Source of the DNA: Diplonema japonicum
Taxonomy: Eukaryota; Protista; Euglenozoa: Diplonemea
Direction of reading: 5' to 3'
NCBI GenBank assembly: GCA_964019335.1
Contig: OZ025735.1
Coordinates: 248,001-312,000, forward strand
Length of the DNA: 64,000 bases
Below, in pieces: positions 54,926 through 64,000 of this stretch. The position numbers and the translations under genes were made by a program. The notes below the pieces were generated by a model that worked only from the letters and a program-made list of their open reading frames with translations, was not told the DNA's origin and did not search any database. Each line of letters begins with the position of its first letter. Positions within the stretch are counted from its first letter, which is position 1.

Positions 54926-57726
54926 ATGATGAAGTTAATCTCTTTCCTGTTCTGTGTTGCGCTTTTAGATGTCTGCAGCAGCCACACGTTGTCGTTCGGG
55001 GACTACAGCTACAAGGTGAGCGGATCGCCTGCTGGGTTCCAGGTGTGGACGACTGCCCCGTCGCACAAGATCACGGTGGACCACGCACTCCCGAGCGGGG
55101 AAAAGGGGTCGCTGTTCCTGAGTGCTGCGCGGCACGAGTTCGAGCCGCTCCAGGTGATCATCCAAGGGACGACGGCGGGGAGCTGCGCTGTGGAGCTGGA
55201 GATGGGGACGGTGGAGAAGGTGGGGATGCACAAGGGGGGCTTCGTGGACGGGTTGCTGGACACGCTGACACCGCTGGCTGGGATGACGACGACGGGGACA
55301 ACGACGACGGCGACGCTTGCGGTGGACGGGGGCTCGAAGCAGACGGTCCTGTGGCTGACGGTGTACGTTCCCTACACGGCGACGGTGAGCGGGATGCAGA
55401 CGGGGCTCGGGAAGCTCCGGCTGACGCCACCAGGGAGCTCGACCCCTTTCGAGATCCCGATCGACATGTACGTGTACAACTTCCAACTCTCGGCGGAGCT
55501 GAACTACGTGAACCACATGACCCTCGGGCTGACGGGGACGGTCCACTCGGACGAGGACGTGGCGAAGCAGATCCTGTTCGACCACCGGATGACACCGAAG
55601 GGCGGGGCGACCTGGCCGAGCGGCTTCAACTACCAGGTGGCGTGGGAGACCAACAGCAACCCTGACAAGTGCAGCAAGTTCTACGACGAGCCGAACGAGA
55701 GCCCACCATACTCGCTGCACCACCTTGCCCCGAAGTATGTGAAGGGGGAAGGGTGGAACTGCGCGGGCTTCCCAATCCACATGGCGGTGCAGTTTGTGAA
55801 CAACAACACCCCGCGCCCGACGAGCTTCTGTGGGGAGAGCGTCGGGTCGGACCCGAAGGGGACCCCTGCCTACAACGCCGCTTGGGGAAAGTACATCGGG
55901 GAGCTTGGGAAGTACGTGAAGGACAACGGCTACGGAGACAAGGTCTTCTACTACACGATGAACGAGCCTCAGGATGCGGCGGATGACGACACGGCGGTCG
56001 CCCTGTGCGAGCTCTCCCGAAGCGTTGCCCCCGATCTCATGATCTGCGTGAGCGAGGAACCCAAACCCGAGATTGCAGAGAGGTGCGCCTACGACATCTG
56101 GGCCTCTGCCCTTCGCGAGTACAACCAAACCTACGCCTGGAAGAGGCAGGAGCAAGGGATCCCGGGTGAGCGGGTCTGGCTCTACTCCCTCCCTCAGGAC
56201 CCGGACCCGTACCCGAACCCCTCCCAAACGGACAGGCAAGGGATGCACTCTCGTATCTGGGGCTTCCTGTCTTGGTCCCTTCGCACCCAGGGTTACTGGT
56301 ACTACGACGCGGGGACCTGGTTCAACAACAAGAACCCCACTGTGAGGCTTGAACTCTTCAGGGAGGCTTGGGAGGATTACGAGTATGCTGCGTTAACAAT
56401 AATTTGGATCATCTCCATTTTTCACTTCTTTTTAAAGGTACCTGTGGCTTGCAAACGGGAAGAAGCAACCGAAGCCCTGCACGATGACAGCGGCTGACGT
56501 CCCTGCCTTCAGCGTGGCGAAAGGGCTGACGGACTGGACGACGAACGACGACGCGCTGATGAGCCTGCGACACCAACTGGGGCTGTACCTGGAAGGGTCC
56601 ATCGCCTCCCCTCCTTCCCTGGTGGTGCCTCCTTCCCCTCCCCCCGCCCCCGTGTACATCAACTTCCAAGGGAGTTCCCCGAGTGCGGACCCCCTCGTGG
56701 TTGGGGGGAACACTTACGTGAAGATGGGGTGGGATGCCTACGACCCCGGGACGGGGATCGGCTGGGAGGGGCAGAACATCGGGACATCCATCGTGAAAGA
56801 CGGGTACCAGGACACAGGGAGCAAGGACGAGCTGTGGTACTCGTACCTGTTCGACGACTACGGGAGGGACAACGTGTTCAAGTACCCGCTGAACCCGGGG
56901 ACCTACGAGATCACTGTCGCGGTGGGGCGTCCTGGGAAGACCTACAACGACAAGTACAACGTGGTGGTGAACGGGGTGAAGGTGATCGACAACTACCACT
57001 CGAAGGGGACAGGGGTGGACCAAACCCAGGCCTCCATCGTGATGGAAATCTCCAGCGGTCTCAGTGTTGTGTGGGGTGGGAAGGACGACGGTGGGAGCTA
57101 CGCCTACACCTTCATCGCCTGGATGACAGCGGTCCCTTCCAGTGCACCTGCAGGTCCTGACAACATGGTGGAGCTTGAGTGCCCGAAGCTCAACATCCCT
57201 GTTGTGGATGAGAGGATGAAGGAGCCATCTTGCAGGCCCTGCTTCACAGAGTCGTTCTGTGGGACTAAGGCACCGGAGACGCCCCTGCCCCCTGGGCAGA
57301 CATACGTGCCACCGACGCCTGCCCCTGACACGGCAATCCCTGCTACTCCCTTACCTCCAGGACAAAGCTTTTCACCATCTACAGTATCCCCTGGCACACC
57401 TAGTACTCAAGCTCCGAATATCGTTGCAGATGATGGAAACTCAGTGTCGATCCCGGTGTGGGTTCCGGTGCTGATCATTATTATTGTAATGTATTTTTTT
57501 TTTCTATTTTTTTTTTTTTTTTCGAAAAAAAAACTTTTTATTCACTACACAGGCTGTAAACCTCAGTGTCGCTGCTGCCTGGTTTGCACTGCGCACCAAA
57601 AAGAAGAAAGAGGCAAACAGGCGCAACATGGTGAAAGAACTAGGCAAAGAGCTGATGGAGCAAGACACCCCGCAGCACCCGCAACCTCTGCACCAAGCCA
57701 CTGACGATTATGTCCAAACCCTATAG
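54926..57726 (+). CDS. DUF4091/GH123-like membrane glycoside hydrolase, copy C (892 aa, short stalk); introns 56383-56437, 57486-57552
   Basis: Own signal peptide MMKLISFLFCVALLDVCSS; same head; ~60-aa stalk; spliced TM VWVPVLIIII|AVNLSVAAAWFAL; basic tail RTKKKKE...DDYVQTL*. Confidence 0.82.
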
Positions 57727-58468
57727 GGGATTATCAGCCGTTTCTTTCAGAGAACTGTCCGCTTCTGAGGACATAGCAGTAGTTAATTTGTTAATTATTC
57801 TATTTTTTTGTTTATCCCCCCCCCCTTTTTTTTGATCGTCTTTTCTTTTAGTTCTCTTAGAGAACAAAATGAAGAAAAAAGAAAAGAAATAAGATAGCAC
57901 CCCTACCCCCCCCCCCCCCTCCCTGCAAGGTTTAAAAAAAAAAAGAAGAAGGTTGGCAGCTGGCTTTGTTTTTGCCAAATATCCCCTTTTTCTTTTTCCT
58001 TGTGAATCGAAGAGAAGAAAAAAAAAAGCATTTTTTCTTTTAAATACTATAATCTTTTAATGCACACCCGTTGTTCTGTGAAAAGACAAAAAAAAAAAAG
58101 GAAATATATTTAGATGCTGGTTTGAGAAAAAAAAAAAGAAAGGGGAGGGAAAATCAACCACATTTGATTTCTTTTTTTTTTTTTAAATTCTTCATTTGCC
58201 GGTGAGCACAAGAAACGCATCCTTTATCTAAAGAGTAGGTTCTTTTTTTTTTTAAATCGTGACTTTATTATTCTCGGTTTACATAAAAAAGGCCCCCCCC
58301 CCCCGGTTCCAAAACAAGATTTTCCTGTTCCACACCTTTTTTTTTAGCCTTTTTTTTGAACTTCTTTGAAGAGGAGAATAAGAAAGCAGGTTAAAAAGAG
58401 TGCCGGTCTTTTTTTTTTTTTTTTTTTTAAACAGTGAGCACTCCCATGCACACTTAAACTTTGTCGAA

Positions 58469-58523
<55 letters not shown>

Positions 58524-59229
58524 TCCTAACCGGGGGACCCCAATTAAGAAATTAGCAAAAAGCAGCGATTTCAAACATTTTAAATATCTCCCCGGTGAAA
58601 AAAAAAAAAAAAAGAACCCCAGCTTGAATTTTCAGGCGTATCACGCCAATTCAATTTGTTTGGTGTTTTCGTTGCTGACACTTCTCCCCCTTTTTTTTTT
58701 TAAACTTATGTAACAGATAGACCACCTCTTTTTTTTGTTTTGTTTTTTTTTCTCCTTTCTATCTCTCTCCATATTTTATTTTTGCGAAATAAGGTGTGTG
58801 TCTTGCTCCCACCAGGCACGTCACGTCTTAGAGGGACGCCACGCAGGTAAGAAACTTACTCCAAATGTGTTGTGTGACTTCACTCTATGTGCTTTATGGT
58901 ACACTTGGGGTCGACTGAGCCCCGGATGACTTGTGTAGGCTTTTTTGTGTACAATTCTTTTTTTTTTTTTTTTTTCCCATGAAATACCTTGACTGCGATC
59001 GCACGAACTTCTGCGTGTCCTTTCCTCTATCCCTTGTTGTCCTTGTAACTGGTCTTGCAGGTTTCTCCATTGCTCTTCTTTTGCTGGTTATACCAGTTAA
59101 GTTGCTGAGTTTCTTGCCTTTGCCAGAAGTCTCTTCCTTCTGTCCCTGCTGCCACTCTAGTTGTCTTTGTTGTTGGCAACCCCCCAAAAAAAAATCAAAA
59201 AGGGGGAGAAAAAGAAAGAAGAAAAAAGA

Positions 59230-59290
59230 ATGTCCGCCCCGTGGGCACGCGCGTGTGGTCCGGAGGACCCGTTAGACAAGTATGACCACT

Positions 59291-59324
<34 letters not shown>

Positions 59325-60265
59325 CTGCGAGAAAGAGGATCCGAAGCGTAGAAGACGTCGGCAGATGGCAGAAAACGGAGAGCTTCACACAGCTCAACAA
59401 TTTCCTGACCACGCTGGGAGACTCGGTCGCCGGGGTGAGCAACGAAGAAGGGAGGAAGACACAGCCCGGCCCCGCCATGCGGAAAATATTGGAAATCCTA
59501 GACAGGATAAAGAAAAACGTAGAAGAGATCCCCCTCCACGACATGAAGCAGCAACGGTACGGCAACAAGGCCTTCAAGGAATGGTACGGGCGCATGGACG
59601 CAACTGCTGAAAGTGACATGAGAAGCGTTCTTCGCGAAGGCGGTGCCGACGAGTCCAAAGCCGCAGAGCTCGCAGTATACTGGCGAGACGCCTTTGGCAA
59701 CCCCATCAGGATCGACTACGGAACAGGCCACGAGCTCAATTTCGTGATGGTCCTCTACTGCCTTACAAAACTAGGGGGTGTCCTCCCCACAGACCCCGTA
59801 GTTATGGTCACACAGGCTGTTACCTCATACATCTCGCTGATGAGAATCTTGCAGACCCACTACAGCATGGAACCTGCTGGAAGCAAAGGAGTCTGGGGGC
59901 TTGATGATTACCACCATCTTATCTTCTTCTGGGGTGCTGCACAACTGGTCAACCATCCCACATTGCACCCTTCGAATGTCAAGGAAACGAGTAAGGACAA
60001 CCAGCATAACTATCTCTATTTGGTGTGTGGGGGAAGGGAGGGGAGGGGAGGGATTAAAATTATAACACAGGAGGGCATCCACTGGATCCTCACAAACAAA
60101 AGCGGGTCTTTCCAGGAGAACTCACCCACTCTGGCCTCGCTCTCCGACCTGCAGTGGACCAAGATCCAGAAGGGAATGCTCAAAATGTACCATGGTGAAG
60201 TGTTGCACCAATGGCCGGTCATGCAGCACCTTTGCTTCGGTACCATATTCCCATGGCAGGGATAG
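59230..60265 (+). CDS. PTPA: PP2A phosphotyrosyl phosphatase activator (314 aa); introns 59280-59322, 60023-60070
   Basis: RYGNKAFKEW, FGNPIRIDYGTGHELNF, YSMEPAGSKGVWGLDDYH, GMLKMYHGEVL...PVMQHLCFG. Confidence 0.95.
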
Positions 60266-60499
60266 GATATAGGGGGGGGGGGGGGGGGGGGGGGGCTAGC
60301 CGCACATAAAAAAAGGTAGAAATCTGGAGAGGGGTTTTAACCCGAAAAACACGTTGCCGACACACAACGCCCCCTTTTTTTTTGCTTTTTTGAAAAAAAA
60401 AGAGGGGGGGGAAAGTGTGCGTTTTAATATTCCGTTTCATCCCCTCTTCCCTCCCGACACCACTCTTAACAGAAGGGGGGAAAAAAAAAGAAAAAAAAA

Positions 60500-61828
60500 A
60501 TGGTGAAGGTGACCGTGCTATCAGGTTTTTTAGGAAGCGGAAAGACAACCTTGTTGAAATACATTCTCCAAAATGCTGAAGGGTTGAAGGTGGCGGTCAT
60601 GGTGAATGACATGGGGGAGATCAATATTGATGCGGATATGGTGAAGAAGCTGGGCCACAAGCTGAGCGGGACAAACCAGCGGGACGAACACCTCGTGGAG
60701 CTCACCAACGGGTGCATATGCTGCACGCTGAGGGACGATATGGTACGCGAACTGTCGATTCTGGCAAAGGAAAAGGACATCACCCACATCGTCATCGAAA
60801 GCACAGGCATCGCGGAACCACTCCCGGTAGCGGCAGGTTTCACATTCGGCGTATCCGTAGAGGGCTCAAACGAACAAAAACCACTGTCAGAAATCGCAGA
60901 ACTAGACACAATGGTAACGGTGGTAGATCTTGCAAGCTTCAAGACATACCTCGCCATGGATGAAAAAGCAAGCGATCGATGGGAGAAAAAATCAAAGCCG
61001 GCGGAAGAATCTGACCCAACCAACTGCGGCGCACCGGAAGCCGAACGCGGCGTCGCAGAACTCCTCTGCGATCAGGTCGAATTTGCCAACACCATCATTC
61101 TGAACAAAACAGACCAAGTCTCCAAACAGGAGATTACCGAAGTTACGTCTATTGTTAAGGCGCTCAACAGCGACGCGAAAGTGATCACATCTGACCATTG
61201 CAAAGTACCTCTCTCAGAGGTTTTGTCTACAGGGCGTTTCTCCTTCGACTCCGCCATGCAGCACGCGTCGTGGGCGAAGGAGCTGAACGCGGACAACACC
61301 CACGTCCCCGAGACCCTCGAATACAACCTCTCTTCATTCGTCTACATCAGGCAGATGCCCTTCCACCCTGTCCGCCTGCACGAGCTCCTCACCTCCCGCG
61401 ATCTATTCTCAAAGCACAACGTGTTAAGGGCGAAGGGCTTCCTGTGGGTCCCGAATGAGTCTGATCAAATGTGTCATATGTCGAACGCGGGTGCGTGCTG
61501 GAACATCGACACGGAAGGGGAGTGGTATTGTAACCTGTCAGCGGAGAGGTTTAAGGAGGAAATGCAGGGGATTGGGTATGGATTTCTTTTTTTTTTTTGT
61601 TTTTTTTGTTTTTTTTCTACCCCCCCCCCTACCCGCAGCATGTCCGAGGAAGAGTTTAAAAAGGCGCACCCGAAGTGGAGCGACGCGCGCCATGGCGACA
61701 GGCGGCAGGAAATCGTGATAATCGGTCAGGGCCTTCAAAAGGACACAATCGAGTCGCTTCTTGACAAAGCTCTTGTCACAGAGGAGGAGTTCAATAAGGG
61801 AGAGTTGTGGTTGACTGAGGTGTGTTTG

Positions 61829-61881
<53 letters not shown>

Positions 61882-62080
61882 GTAGTTGCCTGATGTCTTC
61901 GACCTAGGTTTCTTACACGAAGAGATCGAAGTTGAGGAAGACGAGGAGGAGGAGGAGGAGGAGGAGGAGGAGGAAAAAATCCCCTGTGGTCATAGCCATG
62001 CTCACGGGGCATGTGGGTCTTCTGGGAAACGGCCTTTAGAAAACGGGGAGGCGGCAATCCAGTTGAAAAGAAGGAAGTGA
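60500..62080 (+). CDS. COG0523 CobW/ZNG1-family Zn metallochaperone GTPase (483 aa); introns 61576-61638, 61820-61885
   Basis: VTVLSGFLGSGKTT, ELTNGCICCTLR, IESTGIAEP, NKTD, CobW_C (PFHPVRL, LRAKG, GDRRQEIVIIG); acidic and His/Cys tail. Confidence 0.93.
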
Positions 62081-62750
62081 ACCGAATATTGGAGGGGGGG
62101 GAAAGGCTTTCCTCGCCTTTTATTTTTTTTTGCACCGCGAAATAGCAGTGTTCTGCTTCCCCCGACTTTTCGCACGGTTGCGTGAAAACTGTCTATTTCT
62201 AGTGCACTTTATTTTTTTTTTTCCTTAAAAAAACACTACCAGTCCACTGCTCGTTCTCTTTCTCTCTCTCTCTTTTTTTTTTTTGCAAAAACCCCCTTAC
62301 GATTCATCAAACGAGAGCAACGCAAAAGATAATGGAAAAAGAAAGGACGAAGAAAGAGAAGAACAAAAAAAAAAATCACACAAGCTAGTAGAAGCGGCCC
62401 CCCCCCTCCCTCCCTCTTCCCCCCTTTTTTTTTCCCCTCTTTTTTTTTTTATAATGAAAACAGAAGACCATTATCAACTGGTGGGGTCCATGCGCAAAGA
62501 GAAAAAAAAAGAGGGTTTTTTTTATATTCTTTTTTTCTTTTTTTTTTTTTGCCCCAGAAGGGAGAACGGGGTAGATAAGTAGAGACAAATGGGAACGTTC
62601 CAAAAAAAAAAAAAAACAGGAACCTCCCTTATCTCATCTATCTTTTTTTTTATTATTATTATTATTATTCTTTTTGCAATTCTAAGAAATTCTACCCCCA
62701 GACCAGGGAACCAAGAGAAAAAAAAAAAAGAAAAAAGAAAGAAAAAAAAA

Positions 62751-63695
62751 ATGAAAAGGCTGATTTCTGACGATGTGATGATGGCGGCAACGAAGAGCGA
62801 GCTAGAAGGGAACAAAAAATACCCCACTCAAAAAGCGGCCCTGGTCCACAGGAAAACACCGTTAGTGTACGTTCCGAGCAAACAAAGATGTTGGAAGAAA
62901 AGCGTAGGGACCATCCAACTCCTGAACGACGATGAGATTCCCGGGGTGGTGGTGGTGGAACCAAGCGAGGCCGAAGAGTACCAAGCATGGCTGAAAAACT
63001 CGAGCCTCTCCGTCCACGTTCTAGAAAAGGACGGACAAGGCGTAAGCTACGCAAGAAACGAAATTCTAAAAATCGCTTCCAACACCGACTGGTTCTGGAT
63101 TATCGATGATGACGTGTCAGGGTTCTATGAAAGCACCAAAGAAGGCGCACAGCTCATCGATATGAAAAGCACGCTTCGCTTTGCAACAGAACATGAAAAG
63201 ATCACCAGCGACCCGCAAATCGCGGTCATCGGGCTGGAATACAAAATGTTCAGCTCCGGTCTTGCCAAGCGATACGCTGGGCACTTCATCACCAACAGTT
63301 ATTGCAACGTCTGCTGCGCTTACAACAAGTCCCGCATGCCCAAAGATATCCAGTTTAATTTCCGTGTTAGGGAAGACTACGATTTCGCCCTTCAAATCAT
63401 TTCCCACAACCTGAAAACTATTCGTTTCGCCTGGCTCTCTTTCTCCTGCCCAGCCATGGGCACCACTCGTGGGGGAATGTTCGATTATTATTCTGTTAAT
63501 AAAAGAGCCTGTATGGCACAGCGAGCTGTTTTTGCGAAGAAATGGGCTAAGGTGTGCAAACCCATTATGAAGAGCAACCGTGCCGATGTGAAGATCCGCT
63601 GGCAGATGCTCGACCGATTGATGCCTCGGCAAATCGCCTACAGCAAGAACCTCGAGAAGGAAGCGAAGAAAAAAAGAAAACGATTCAGTAAATAA
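62751..63695 (+). CDS. TET/JBP-associated GT-A glycosyltransferase; candidate base J glucosyltransferase
   Basis: PLVYVPSKQR, VVVVEPSEAEEY, GVSYARNEIL, FWIIDDDV, REDYDFALQ, TRGGM: the TAGT/GREB1-like motif series. No signal anchor from ATG 62751; basic NLS-like C-terminus. Confidence 0.75.
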   Translation: MKRLISDDVMMAATKSELEGNKKYPTQKAALVHRKTPLVYVPSKQRCWKKSVGTIQLLNDDEIPGVVVVEPSEAEEYQAWLKNSSLSVHVLEKDGQGVSYARNEILKIASNTDWFWIIDDDVSGFYESTKEGAQLIDMKSTLRFATEHEKITSDPQIAVIGLEYKMFSSGLAKRYAGHFITNSYCNVCCAYNKSRMPKDIQFNFRVREDYDFALQIISHNLKTIRFAWLSFSCPAMGTTRGGMFDYYSVNKRACMAQRAVFAKKWAKVCKPIMKSNRADVKIRWQMLDRLMPRQIAYSKNLEKEAKKKRKRFSK

Positions 63696-63791
63696 ACCCC
63701 CCCCCCCCCCCCTCCTCCATTCCATTTCATCAAATCTCCGAGAAAAAAAAAAGAAAAGGGGGAAAAAAAAAAAGAAAGAGAAAAAAAAAAA

Positions 63792-64000
63792 ATGTCCCTT
63801 GGACGGAATCCGCTCATTAAATCCGGGGGTTTATCCTTTTCATCAGATTTCGACTCTGGGAATTGTTGGAAGGTCTACCATCGAAAAGGCGATCCTCAAG
63901 AGCCTATACAAGAGAACATCTATGTCGATGAGTTCAAGCCGAACGAGGAAGCGATCGAGGCACGAGAGCCCAACTCATGTTTCACCCTCGATATTTATGA
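63792..64000 (+). CDS. Cytosolic carboxypeptidase (CCP/AGBL-like) N-terminus, truncated by the window end
   Basis: MSLGRNPLIKSGGLSFSSDFDSGN... contains the FxSxF(D/E)SGN motif; frame is open to the window end. Confidence 0.7.
   Translation, partial: MSLGRNPLIKSGGLSFSSDFDSGNCWKVYHRKGDPQEPIQENIYVDEFKPNEEAIEAREPNSCFTLDIY

Noticed and set aside
58931-59275. Hydrophobic, Cys-rich 114-aa ORF upstream of PTPA
   Set aside because: Runs through homopolymer tracts and looks like antisense of a decayed sequence; no recognisable family.

Overview
Eukaryotic nuclear DNA, most likely a euglenozoan (diplonemid-like). This is inferred from three things: about 25 host genes all on the + strand, a base-J-glucosyltransferase-like gene, and Thr/Pro-stalked surface carbohydrate-active enzymes. 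Genes are compact, separated by A/T/G/C homopolymer-rich spacers, and interrupted by tiny GT-AG introns (mostly 39-78 nt) that are often almost pure poly(A) or poly(T). Housekeeping genes include a GH35 beta-galactosidase, ARL8, ATAD5/ELG1-like, rotatin, NOSIP, an EF-hand Kv channel, PTPA, a CobW/ZNG1 GTPase, a JGT-like transferase, and a spliced 49-aa D/D microprotein missed by the ORF track. The accessory region (38-58 kb) holds three membrane-anchored DUF4091/GH123-like enzymes. They share an apparently identical ~2.24-kb head but differ in signal peptide, stalk length and tail. A fourth, headless chimeric copy is fused in frame to a LINE ORF1. That LINE fragment has ORF1 and an endonuclease ORF2 in one frame, separated by a single TGA that is followed by a 12-bp hairpin (candidate programmed readthrough). 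Also present are a decayed piggyBac with a TTAT target duplication, a 5'-truncated LINE, a TA-flanked TIR element in three copies, and several short dispersed hairpin repeats. All calls are by eye from motifs; no searches were run.
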